Source of the DNA: Thermoprotei archaeon | Lineage (GTDB): Archaea > Thermoproteota > Thermoprotei_A > Sulfolobales > WANQ01 | DNA: 27,555 nucleotides | NCBI GenBank assembly: GCA_027038805.1 | Contig: JALWGO010000233.1 | Coordinates: 1-27,555 of the forward strand | Direction of reading: 5' to 3' | Shown: positions 8,066 to 18,300 of the stretch, one piece after another | How positions within the stretch are numbered: the stretch's first letter is position 1 | Layout: the number at the start of each line of letters is the position of its first letter | Program-made: the position numbers and the translations under genes | The notes under the pieces: generated by a model | Told to the model about the DNA's origin: nothing | The model's database searches: none | What the model saw: only the letters and a program-made list of their open reading frames with translations

Positions 8066-9399
8066 GGGAAGAACTATTAGATGCTAGTAAAAAGCTTGTA
8101 GAAAAAGCATTAAGTGAAGGCTATGATGAAGCAGCAGCCCTACTCCAGCAGAGAAGAACAGTTATGGTTAAGCTAGCTAATAGTGAGCCAAGTGTTATAC
8201 AGCGGTGGAGGGATCTAGTATTAAACCTATACCTCGTTAAGAACAGAAAGATACTAGTCATATCGTTGTCTCCTAAAACGTTAAGCGAGGTAGAAAAGAC
8301 TATAAAAGAACTAATCGACGTCGCCGATAAACTATATGAATCACCCTTCTATGCGCCCCTCCCCGAGCCTGGTGAACCAGTTAAACTAGATCTAGTTGAT
8401 AAGAAGTTATTGGATAAGATAGAGGATCCCTCAGAAATAGTTGAGAGAATGATTGAGACTGCTCACAGGGAGAAAATAGACTATGTTGCAGGCATGGTTA
8501 AACTATCATATAATGAGAAGGCTCTAGCCACGAGCAAAGATGCCTCCTTCTACGAGGATTCTACAAGCATACAAGCCTATCTAAGAGCTTTCGCAGGAGA
8601 AGATGGAAGCGGGCAATGGAGTATTGGTTCCCGCAGACTCAACCTAGAAAAAATAGAGGAAATGGCCTCAATAGCTGCTAGATATGCTGTGGATTCAAGG
8701 AATCGTGTAAGCATAGAGCCCGGAGTCTACGATATAATATTGTCCCCCATGGTCGCAGGCAACTTATTGAGACTTGTGGGTATGATGGCTTCAGCCTTTA
8801 TGGCGTTTATGGGTATGTCTATGTTTATGAACAAGAAGCCTGGAGACAAAGTAGGCTCAGAGAAACTAACACTAATAGATGATGCAGTAAACCCAGAGCT
8901 ACCGGGCTCTACTGGATTCGATGATGAAGGTGTTGCCACATATTCTAAGCCGATAATAGAGAAAGGCGTGTTCAAGACGATGCTCCACAACTCTAAAACC
9001 GCTGCTAAAATGGGTGTGAAGAGTACTGGTAATGCGGGATGGATTTCTCCACGACCCTGGAATCTCGTAGTAGAGGAGGGATCCTATAGCTTAGACGAAC
9101 TCGTAGGGGAGGTGAAGAAGGGTATACTTGTAACAAATAACTGGTATACACGGCTACAGAACTATGTTGAAGGCGTGTTTTCAACTATTACTAGAGACGC
9201 CTTATTCCTAATAGAGGATGGGAGGATAGTTAAACCTATTGAGAAGATAAGAATAGCCGATACGCTTCCAAGACTATTAAGCAATATAGACGCCCTGGGA
9301 CGAGAACGCTACGATATATGGTGGTGGGAAGTAGAAATTCCTACGAGAACACCCTATATACTAGTAAGACAGATACATACAAGTAAACACACAGTGTAA
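8062..9399 (+). CDS. pmbA: TldE/PmbA-family protein (non-catalytic partner)
   Basis: GSTGFDDEGV...IIEKGV, STGNAG and NWYTR motifs, no HExxH, coupled to tldD. Confidence 0.9.
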   Translation: MREELLDASKKLVEKALSEGYDEAAALLQQRRTVMVKLANSEPSVIQRWRDLVLNLYLVKNRKILVISLSPKTLSEVEKTIKELIDVADKLYESPFYAPLPEPGEPVKLDLVDKKLLDKIEDPSEIVERMIETAHREKIDYVAGMVKLSYNEKALATSKDASFYEDSTSIQAYLRAFAGEDGSGQWSIGSRRLNLEKIEEMASIAARYAVDSRNRVSIEPGVYDIILSPMVAGNLLRLVGMMASAFMAFMGMSMFMNKKPGDKVGSEKLTLIDDAVNPELPGSTGFDDEGVATYSKPIIEKGVFKTMLHNSKTAAKMGVKSTGNAGWISPRPWNLVVEEGSYSLDELVGEVKKGILVTNNWYTRLQNYVEGVFSTITRDALFLIEDGRIVKPIEKIRIADTLPRLLSNIDALGRERYDIWWWEVEIPTRTPYILVRQIHTSKHTV

Positions 9400-9404
9400 A
9401 GAAG

Positions 9405-10376
9405 CTATTTTCCGCCAAATAGTTTTTTCAATAGTTTCTTAAAGCCCTTAAACATTCCCTCACCCTTTACTTCAACCTCATATATAGTGTATGGTACGCT
9501 ATCTCTCATTGAGAGCTTCTTTAAGACCTTTGACCCAGCCTCAAGTATTTGTAGCGATAACTCATCTATACGGTAAGCACCCTTCATCCTACCATCTTCA
9601 GCTAGCATAACGTATACTTCGTCATTAATACGTGATAATAAGAGTAGGGGGCGATCATATTGTTTTGAAAGGGCTAGAAGTAGGTTTAACACGTTGAATA
9701 ATCTATCCTGACCCTTTCCAACCTGCTTGGACTCACCGGATAATTCGCTAAGTATCTTCTTGGCGTATTCTTTTTCCGACTCGCTTACAGACTCTATTCT
9801 CCACTCGGGTATTAGTTTCTCTATAATTCTCTTATACTCTTCTGTTTCAATAATTTCCTCCTCTTTCTTCTCCTCCTCTACTTCCTTCTTCTCAGCTTCT
9901 TCTTTCTCAATCTCTTTTGCAACTATTTCCTCTTTCTTTTTCTCTTCTTCTAAGATCTCTTCTATACGCCAGAGCTTCTTGTTTTCTATAAAGCTGTCGA
10001 AGAAGTCGTCAATGGATACTTCTTTCTCTAATGAAATCTCCTTGTTGTATTCTAAGTCTAATGAGATCCCGCTTTCATCAAGTTCTACTATCTCGATATA
10101 GCCTTCCTCGACTCCACGCAAGTACTCGTAGAGTTTATCTAAGACTTCTTCTCCGCTAATGGTTTCGCCGTTTACATCCTTAAGCCATGCGCCAACGATT
10201 TTACCATCGCGTACCTCTAATACGAATTCTCCCTCCTTGCCATCTCTTTTAAACAAGCCTTCCAGTCTACCAGTAAACTCTCTCGTAACAAGAGTTCTAA
10301 TCTGCTTTAGCCATTCAACGATTTCTGATACCAGTTTTACTATGCCTATAGTGGTTCCTCTTGCTACTTTCTCCAA
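9405..10376 (-). CDS. DUF2226-like domain protein with Glu/Lys-rich linker
   Basis: N-terminal FTGRLE...EGEFVLEVRDGKIVGAW...GEEVL...GYIEIVEL pattern, central EEEKKKEE low-complexity helix and a ggagg RBS before the TTG start. Confidence 0.6.
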   Translation of the reverse strand: MEKVARGTTIGIVKLVSEIVEWLKQIRTLVTREFTGRLEGLFKRDGKEGEFVLEVRDGKIVGAWLKDVNGETISGEEVLDKLYEYLRGVEEGYIEIVELDESGISLDLEYNKEISLEKEVSIDDFFDSFIENKKLWRIEEILEEEKKKEEIVAKEIEKEEAEKKEVEEEKKEEEIIETEEYKRIIEKLIPEWRIESVSESEKEYAKKILSELSGESKQVGKGQDRLFNVLNLLLALSKQYDRPLLLLSRINDEVYVMLAEDGRMKGAYRIDELSLQILEAGSKVLKKLSMRDSVPYTIYEVEVKGEGMFKGFKKLLKKLFGGK

Positions 10377-10573
10377 ATTCCTCGCCTCCTAATATGTTCA
10401 GAGTATAAGTGTGCTACTCCTCCCCATAGAAATACTAATTTGCAATAGATATATTTTATATGTTTGTAGCCTAATAACTCGGTAAATACTATCGTCTCCT
10501 ATGCTAGAGTGTTCTAGACACAAGGTATTAAAATAATTATCTCCGAAAATTAAACGTTGAGTAGGCGAGTACC

Positions 10574-11506
10574 TTGACTATGTCGAATTTACTCTACGAG
10601 AAGCTTAGCAAGAGTTTAAGCCAACATATAGTCGGCCATGAAGAAGACATATTATTGTTACTGATAGCATTATTGAGTAGAGGACACGTTATAGTTGAAG
10701 GATTACCTGGAACAGGTAAAACATTGATGATAAAACTCTTCGCTATGAGCCTGGGATTAGGGTTTAAGCGTATCCAGATGTCTCCAGACATGCTCCCCAC
10801 GGATATCATCGGTGCAAAAATCCTTGACCCTAAGACAGGGGAGCTTAGACTAGTCCTCGGACCCATACACACTAATGTTTTGTTGGTTGATGAGATTAAC
10901 CGTGCGAGCCCGAAAACCCAGAGCGCACTACTAGAAGCAATGCAGGAAGGCTACGTCAACATTGAGGGAGAGGAAATAAAGTTGCCCTACCCCTTCATGG
11001 TTATAGCAACGTTAAACCCGTACGAACGTGAAGGCATCTTCCCCTTACCCCTTGCTAGTACTGATAGATTCATGTTCTCCCTAGAATTCTCATTCCTGAG
11101 TAGAGATAAAGAGATAGAAATACTGCGTAGAGACCATGAGAGAGGTGGAGAGGAACCCGTCCTAGAACCCGTTACAAATAGAGACGAGGTATTATCAGCT
11201 ATAAGTGAGGTTAAAGGCATTAGGGTGGAGGAACCACTCATAGAGTATATAGTTGATATTATTAGGGCTACACGTCAAGCAAGGGGGGTTGTACTCGGTG
11301 CTAGTATAAGGGCTGGAATACATTTACTTAGAGCCGCTAAAGCCTTAGCATCAGTTCGTGGTAGAGACTATATTATACCGGATGATATAAAATACCTTGC
11401 ACCAAAAATACTTGTCCATAGACTAGTCTTCGGCGAAGAACAATTGAGGAGAGAGAAAGAGAGGCTTGTTAGAGCCATTGTAGAGAGTATTAAGCCTCCT
11501 TGGTAG
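10574..11506 (+). CDS. moxR: MoxR-family AAA+ ATPase (likely start ATG 10580)
   Basis: GHVIVEGLPGTGKT, RIQMSPDMLPTDIIG, LLVDEINRASPKTQSALLEAMQEG, ATLNP-E-EG-FPLP---DRF. Confidence 0.95.
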   Translation: MTMSNLLYEKLSKSLSQHIVGHEEDILLLLIALLSRGHVIVEGLPGTGKTLMIKLFAMSLGLGFKRIQMSPDMLPTDIIGAKILDPKTGELRLVLGPIHTNVLLVDEINRASPKTQSALLEAMQEGYVNIEGEEIKLPYPFMVIATLNPYEREGIFPLPLASTDRFMFSLEFSFLSRDKEIEILRRDHERGGEEPVLEPVTNRDEVLSAISEVKGIRVEEPLIEYIVDIIRATRQARGVVLGASIRAGIHLLRAAKALASVRGRDYIIPDDIKYLAPKILVHRLVFGEEQLRREKERLVRAIVESIKPPW

Positions 11507-12074
11507 CTTTCTCTATAGTGTTATAGGCTAGATATATTGCAACAGCAATAGTAAACACGAACATATTTAAAGTGAGAATAGAACCAGTAACTCTAGATAA
11601 AGCGACAATAATAGACACTAGCATCAATGATATTGAGAGTTGAGCTATAGTATGCTTAGAAAGCACTACGGACAGGTATAATAGTACTGGGATCAAAGCC
11701 ACTAGTAAGTAGACATGCAGGTCTACTGGCAAGAGATAGGCGTTAAATGATATAACAAACATATATGATAGCAGCTTGTCTAAGAATCTAGCTTTATTTG
11801 AAACAGCTATACCTGTGAGCCATAGTGATGCAAATAATAATACATTAAAGTTCAACGTGTATGCAAGATAACCTAACAGTATTATAGATATAGCACCAGT
11901 ATACTTGTTAAAGAATACTCCAAGAACAAATAATAGTGCTAACGCTATAACGTTGATAACATTGCTACCAATTATTCTTGTAATAGCGTAATACTCGAAT
12001 AACAGTAACGGCGTGTTGAGTAAGAGGCCTTCTATGTCTACAACACTATATTTTCTCAACATATCCAAACGCAT
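11490..12074 (-). CDS. Hypothetical multi-pass membrane protein
   Basis: 194-aa hydrophobic ORF overlapping the end of the DUF58-like gene, in operon position. Confidence 0.7.
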   Translation of the reverse strand: MRLDMLRKYSVVDIEGLLLNTPLLLFEYYAITRIIGSNVINVIALALLFVLGVFFNKYTGAISIILLGYLAYTLNFNVLLFASLWLTGIAVSNKARFLDKLLSYMFVISFNAYLLPVDLHVYLLVALIPVLLYLSVVLSKHTIAQLSISLMLVSIIVALSRVTGSILTLNMFVFTIAVAIYLAYNTIEKATKEA

Positions 12075-13323
12075 CTTCTATTTCACCAAGATATTTCTTC
12101 CAAGCATTCCTATAGGATTCTAAAACCTCTACACGCCAATCATAGGGGAGGACGAGTACTGTTTTATCTAATGGGACATCCACGGTGATTGAGGGGTCTA
12201 TGAAAACTCTATCCAACTCATAGAGAATACTATTATCTAGTTTCCTAAGACCCTCCAAGTCTACCTCAGTGATGCCGTCTAATGGAGCCTCGTAGAGTTC
12301 ACCGTTAACATCTATGAAGACACGAATATCATTACGAGGATCTATGGCTAATGAGTGGATAAGCGAGAATATCTTCTCACGGTAATTGTTAGATAAGCGG
12401 GCCAAATCACCTAGTATGAATGCAATCCTATTATGGGAGACCTCTTCTCCCCTAGTAGGGCCCTCTAATAATTCCTTATACTTTCTAACTCTTGGGCCAC
12501 CCGGCTTCAATAAACTCTTCGAGATAATGTCTTTTAGCCTATCGCCCACAATGTACTCTCTAACTCCAACAACCTCTGGTTCACGTATAGTCCCAAAGAG
12601 TCTAAGACCAACGTGTTCTCCGAATCTTTTCCTACCCTCTTTTCCCCTAGCTTCTACTTTAAGAGCAGGTTCTACTGTGAATGTTATGTTTTTTGAGAAG
12701 TCTAGTCTCATAAGCTTCTCCGCTTCCTCTACTAGTATTAGTTGTGGTTTCCAAGAGTATTTTCTACTCTGTATTGGCTTCCAAATATACTCTAATCGTA
12801 CATGTCCTTCACCACAAGCTCTTGTCGAACCGTAGACTTCTCCTACTGGAGGCTCGTTTACCACCATTATCTTAGAGTTCATCGGAGCCTTAACGTCTAT
12901 TCCTATTATATAGGAGCCCTCGCTCTCACGTATATAGTGGCTCACTCTTATATTTCCCGACCAATTGTAAACGTATAAGTGAAGGTATAATATAAGGGAG
13001 AGGGGTACTATTATAAGTAATGTTTCCCCTATAACAATTAACATTACAACTGCTGTTGCGCCAAGAACAGATACCGCTGTTATAAAGAGGCTAGTATACC
13101 CTAGTGCCCGGTCTCTCCTCGTGTAAATTGATTCTAGTTCTAATGGATCTATTTGCCCCTTAATCTTCTTCCCGATAATTAATTCTTCTAAAGGATAAAT
13201 CCTCCCCTTTACCCCAACAAGCAGTGGTGAGAGTCTTAGCCTTAGGATACTGTCATAGTATACTAGTAGGCCCATATATGCTCCTAGAATTAATATTAAC
13301 CCTAATACGAGTCCTAGCTCCAA
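12046..13323 (-). CDS. DUF58-like protein with N-terminal TM segments
   Basis: EVVGVREYIVGDRLKDI resembles the DUF58 E---REY--GD----I motif, and the gene lies between the transglutaminase and MoxR genes. Confidence 0.7.
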   Translation of the reverse strand: MELGLVLGLILILGAYMGLLVYYDSILRLRLSPLLVGVKGRIYPLEELIIGKKIKGQIDPLELESIYTRRDRALGYTSLFITAVSVLGATAVVMLIVIGETLLIIVPLSLILYLHLYVYNWSGNIRVSHYIRESEGSYIIGIDVKAPMNSKIMVVNEPPVGEVYGSTRACGEGHVRLEYIWKPIQSRKYSWKPQLILVEEAEKLMRLDFSKNITFTVEPALKVEARGKEGRKRFGEHVGLRLFGTIREPEVVGVREYIVGDRLKDIISKSLLKPGGPRVRKYKELLEGPTRGEEVSHNRIAFILGDLARLSNNYREKIFSLIHSLAIDPRNDIRVFIDVNGELYEAPLDGITEVDLEGLRKLDNSILYELDRVFIDPSITVDVPLDKTVLVLPYDWRVEVLESYRNAWKKYLGEIEDAFGYVEKI

Positions 13324-13330
13324 TGCTCTA

Positions 13331-15034
13331 CTACACCATGCTGTATATGTTTCTCAGTCTCTGGAGTGCTTCGTTTAGGAGTTTTCTTCTCCCACCATAT
13401 CTTGACTTTTCATAGGCTTCTAAGAATTTTATAAGTTCTAGTTTAATGTGCTCTGGATAGTATTCTATTATTTTTAATACTACTTCTCTAGGAGTCATAT
13501 AGTCTACTGGTAAGCTAATATTCTTCTTCAACGCTATTTCGCGGAGAAGCTCCTTAACCTCGCTCTCCCCTAGTCTCTTCTTCCTCTTCTCATAGAAGTT
13601 TACAACAATGATACTAGCATAAGCCATTAAAGCCACTCCAAGTAAGCTTGAAGCAATCCACTGCAAGCTTACTTGAAAACTACTAGTATTAGTGTTTCTA
13701 ACTGTTATAGTAGTTATAGTTGTTGAAATCCTTGTGTTATTGATTTTCGTCCCATTAACTTCAACTGGTTCTCTTGGGTTAAGCCTATTCGTCCTCTTAT
13801 AGGATTCTACTTCTCGTTTAAACTCTCCCGAAACATATCTGCTAATATTCTTCTCTACTCCTGATAGAACTCTTGGGCTAGGCTCTGATGATGCTGCTGG
13901 TGGTGTTGGGTCTACTTGAAGCCACCCATAGCCTGGAACGTATATTTCAACCCAAAGGTGTGGCGGATTACGTATGACTTGATGGGTTTCATTATATGGT
14001 TGGGTGATATAGCCCAATACTACGCGCGCCTTTAACCCCATATCACGTAATAATACGGCTAATGCTGTAGCATAATGCAAACAACTACCCTTAAGCGAAG
14101 TATACAAGAAGTAGTCTACCATGTCTCTATTCTTAGGCGTTGGCGGTGGATTAGGATCATATCTCGTGGCGCTTTGTAGGAAGCTTATCAAGTATTCTAA
14201 TAGCATTCGGAGGCTTTTAGTATAAAATTCTCTTCGGAGCAATTGAGCGTATTCTTGGATTCTTTTCGAGGATTCGTGTGCTGGAGGCCCTATAATTGAT
14301 GCTATTTTAACTGATAATGCCTTCTCTACCAGGGAGTTATTGGTTGTGAAGGGGAAGGGTTTGAAATTAGTAGGCCATTTCACTATGATAGAGTAGTTTG
14401 TTGTATTTGTTAGATAGAGTGTTCTCGCGGCAATAAACTTATTGGAATCATCTGCTAGGAAGCGCGGAATTTGTACTCTAAGCCACTTGCTCAGATTATC
14501 GTAGATGACTGGTTGGGGGACAGGTATTATCTTTATGCTAGGCTGAATCGTTGGTATTAGGTCTAAACTAGTTATATTTACATGTACAACTATGCTTGTC
14601 ACGTTTGAGAAAGAAGTCTCAATAGATATTGTGCCGGGTATACTAGTGTTATTAACTAGACGGATAGAAGAATTAGATGACTCATTAACGCTAATTGTTA
14701 TCGTAGTATTCGTACTTGGTAGCAGCCCCATAATCTCGTGAAGACTATATTTTCCGAGACGCCAAGTATTCTCATCGTACACGTCTAGTGCTGTAATCCT
14801 AACATAGTATGATGGGTTACCTGGTAGCCCCCAGATAAAGCCTATAGTCTCATTACCAGTACTAGATCCTTCACCAACAGTAACGTTTACTGGTACACTA
14901 GTAGTTTCTTCCACTACTACTTTCTTGACAGCTATAACTGGAGGAGGAGTAACACGTACTACTACTGGTAGAGGCGATACAATGACTAATACCAGTATAA
15001 TTGAGGCGGCAATAAATAAGGCGATATTCTTCAT
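13331..15034 (-). CDS. Membrane-anchored transglutaminase-like (Cys-His-Asp) protein
   Basis: GSCLHYATALAVLLRDMGLKARVVLGY...HLWVEIYVPGYGWLQVDPTP, N-terminal signal/TM, late TM and a DUF4129-like cytoplasmic tail (TPRE...YEKSRYG). Confidence 0.9.
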   Translation of the reverse strand: MKNIALFIAASIILVLVIVSPLPVVVRVTPPPVIAVKKVVVEETTSVPVNVTVGEGSSTGNETIGFIWGLPGNPSYYVRITALDVYDENTWRLGKYSLHEIMGLLPSTNTTITISVNESSNSSIRLVNNTSIPGTISIETSFSNVTSIVVHVNITSLDLIPTIQPSIKIIPVPQPVIYDNLSKWLRVQIPRFLADDSNKFIAARTLYLTNTTNYSIIVKWPTNFKPFPFTTNNSLVEKALSVKIASIIGPPAHESSKRIQEYAQLLRREFYTKSLRMLLEYLISFLQSATRYDPNPPPTPKNRDMVDYFLYTSLKGSCLHYATALAVLLRDMGLKARVVLGYITQPYNETHQVIRNPPHLWVEIYVPGYGWLQVDPTPPAASSEPSPRVLSGVEKNISRYVSGEFKREVESYKRTNRLNPREPVEVNGTKINNTRISTTITTITVRNTNTSSFQVSLQWIASSLLGVALMAYASIIVVNFYEKRKKRLGESEVKELLREIALKKNISLPVDYMTPREVVLKIIEYYPEHIKLELIKFLEAYEKSRYGGRRKLLNEALQRLRNIYSMV

Positions 15035-15310
15035 AGGAAGCCCTGACCCCGTACACAGTATAGTAAGCTAAAAGCCTAATATAACACTAACACTTGGAAC
15101 AATAATTAGAGGCAATGAAGACTTAACGGGGACCGAGCAGGAACTATGAGGAAGGGTGCGACCACCGAGCCTCTCTTAATATTCTAACAGTTATAGTGGA
15201 TACTATCATGTATTCTAATATCAAGAAAACACAACTATACAGAGAATACATTCTCACGAGGTTGTAATAGAGGAAAAAGTATACCTCAACTACATTGGAA
15301 AAATATTCTC

Positions 15311-18300
15311 CTAGTACTGTGGTGGTGGCGGAGGCGGTGGAGGTAGTGGTGGGTATTGGACTCTTTTCTTTCTACGTGATAAGGCTATGCCCGCTATAGC
15401 TGCTATTACTATGATTATTACTGCTACTATCACTAGATATGTATTGATTCCACTAAGTATTCCTGGCTCTACTGTTTTAGACGGAGTTGTCAAGGAGGTT
15501 GTAGGAGTAGTTGTTGTAGGTGATGTGGTGGTATGGGTTGTTGGGCTTGTTTTAGTAGTTGTAGTACTTTGTATTTGAGTACTTGTTGTTGTTTGAGTAG
15601 TGGTTTGCGTTGTCTGTGATTGCATTGAACTAGTAGTTGCGGTAGTCTTCGTAGTAGTCGTAGTAGTTGATGTAGTTGTAGCTGTGTGAGTGGGAGAAGT
15701 TGTTGGAGTAGTAGTGGTTGTTGGTAGGGGGCCAGCTGGTTTTAGTCTTAGGGTTAGTGTTAAGTTCTCCTTGGGGGAGAGCCTTACTATGGCGCTAGCG
15801 TTTTCTTCTATGCCTTCGTTTATCCAGGATGCTTCTACTAAATATGTTCCCGCTGCTACTCGGACTATGAAGTATCCTCTTTGATCTGTCTGTGTTGTTA
15901 GTACTCGTGAGCTATGGGGGATTAGTATTGTTACGTTAGCCTTGTATGCTGGTCTTCCCTGCGAGTCTATTATTCTCCCTATTATTAGCCCGGTTGGGTC
16001 GACATAGTTTTCTATTTTCCCTATACTAACATTTATTGTACCATTGTATTGGGTTACATATACCATGTCTACTAGTCCGTCTCCATTCAAGTCTATGGGA
16101 ACTGGTATTGTAAAGTTCTCTGACCATACGTCTATTGATGCCTCGTAGTTGAAGGTTTTATCTGAGGGAAGCCATGAGTATATGTCTATTGTACCTCCTA
16201 CCGGATTATTTTCCTCGTCTAGTTCAACTAGATATAATAGTATTTCAACTATGCCGTCGCCATCAATATCGAAGGTTCCGACCTCAAAGGGATACCAGCG
16301 CCCTGGCTCCATGTATGCTTGGTCAAGTACCTTTAAGCCGTTATCCCATTCATAGAGTGTTAGGTTGTGAGTAGAGGCATAGTAGTCGTTTGCTAATACT
16401 AGTAGCTCGTTCCGGTTATCCGAGTCTATATCGCCTAGCTCTAGAGCCGATATCTCTATTCCACTAGTATTATTGAATTCTAGTACCTGTAGTTCTCCAC
16501 TAGATAATCGTATTACGTATAGTTCTCCCGCATAATCCGTTATACCACCTAGCCCTAGAGAATAGTCGTTTACACCTACTACCAGATCTTCTTGTTCTTG
16601 GGAGCTAAAGTATCCTCCAGCGATATCCGTTATCTCGCTCACAGTATTCTCATTTGATTCAACATAATATTCGTCCTCTACCTCTAGAGAACTTGTATCG
16701 ACTATAAAGAACTCGCTAAAATATTCTCCATAGTTTTCATCATAGTATGTTCCAGCTAAAACTAGCTCCGCTAAACCATCATCATCGAAATCACCTAGTG
16801 CAGCCGAATAGGAGTCTAAGTTCATTATATAGTTTCCGTTACGGTAAACGTAGCCGTCTTTATAATCATATCTAAAGAATATTGTTACCGAGTTATTGTA
16901 TTGATCTGATGCCGTTAAGACAATAAATAATTCATCCATATCATCGTTGTCTACGTCTCTTCCGAAAGCGTCTACAACACTTAGCATATAATCATAGCTG
17001 AGATTGAATATCGTATCATTGTATGCTAGTAGGAGCTTGTTTGAATCATTATAGTATTTCAACATCATTAATACGGTGTAGAGTTGATCGCCGTAACCAT
17101 CTGCTATGACTACTAGTTCTTCAGCTCCATCACCGTCAAAGTCTATTGTACCGACAATATCTAAGTCCAGGTACCGTCTCGTCAAGTTGAGCTCGCTTGC
17201 TATATTCGTTGTATTAACTGTATATGATTCCCCGGATGCTACCGTGATATTCACATCGACGTTTACAGTTTTTTCTAAGACTTTACTCCACCCAGTATCG
17301 AATCCAAACCTACTCGCTGCCTCATAGACTGTTCTATTATATCTCAGAGGGAAATATATCGATATGCCATGGGATCCTCGATGCATTGTACCAGCTTTAA
17401 ACTCTACTACTGCATTTTCAACCGCGTTGGCAAGGCTCTCGGCTCTATTTCCTAAGACTCCGCCTTGAGCCGATACTTGTTTTAGAAAGGAGATAAGGTC
17501 TATTTGTGATGCTCCCGCACTTGGATCTACTCCTCCTCCAAAGAAGTCTACTCCTTCTCTTGCAAGCCTTAAGGCTTCAACATCATCGTATGCTGTTTTC
17601 ACGAATTCTTTAAATAATGGTATGGCATCTCTTATTTGCTTTAAATCTATTGCTGCTAGAGTGATATATGATCCATACCTGCTATCAACTAGTGAGCTAT
17701 AGTATTTGTTAACGATAGTTACTGCTAGCTCGCGTGGAGTCATGGTTGGATTACTTGTTAGGCTTGATAGTATCTCGTCGTATGGGTAGCCGGGGGCTGG
17801 CTCTATTTCCTCTGAAGCAGTCATATAGTCACCGTAATCCATTACCTCATATGCCATCTCTATAGTTGAGACAAGACATGCGTCGAAGGCTATTATATCT
17901 AAGTGAACTCCCGCCTCCTTTAATGCTTGACCTATCTCTTCACCCGTTAGCATGTCGTTGTGGCTATAGTCTAATGCTACAAAGCCCGGATAAGAGCCGT
18001 GATCCCATATAACCAGCATATAATGATCTGCTGGATAATTCGATACCGTGTATTTTATGAAGTCTCGTAGTGTATCGGGGTCACCCATATCTCGTTCTCC
18101 AAGAGATTTAATGAGCCTTGACCCTATTCTCGAAGAGGTATCCCTCACAACATAGTATATTCTCGTATCACTCCAAGAACCAGCATCCAGATACCCTTCT
18201 AGACCTTCCTCATAGTAGTCTTCAGCTCGGTCAACTAATACGATAATGTTTACCTCATCCGTCGAACCAACATACTCCATTTCCTTTAGATCGATTAATG

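Noticed and set aside
9727-10101. 124-aa Ser/Phe-rich ORF and similar antisense ORFs (860-1159, 3382-3711, 5973-6323, 12386-12835 etc.)
   Set aside because: These are opposite-strand shadows of well-supported genes with biased composition.
15035-15180. In-frame upstream extension of the transglutaminase gene across a TAG (readthrough or pseudogenised N-terminus)
   Set aside because: The upstream peptide has no recognisable similarity, and the annotated ATG already begins a good signal/TM segment.
15480-15725. (GTA/GTT)n-like low-complexity tract as a tandem repeat element
   Set aside because: It is fully explained by the Thr-rich stalk of the clostripain on the minus strand.
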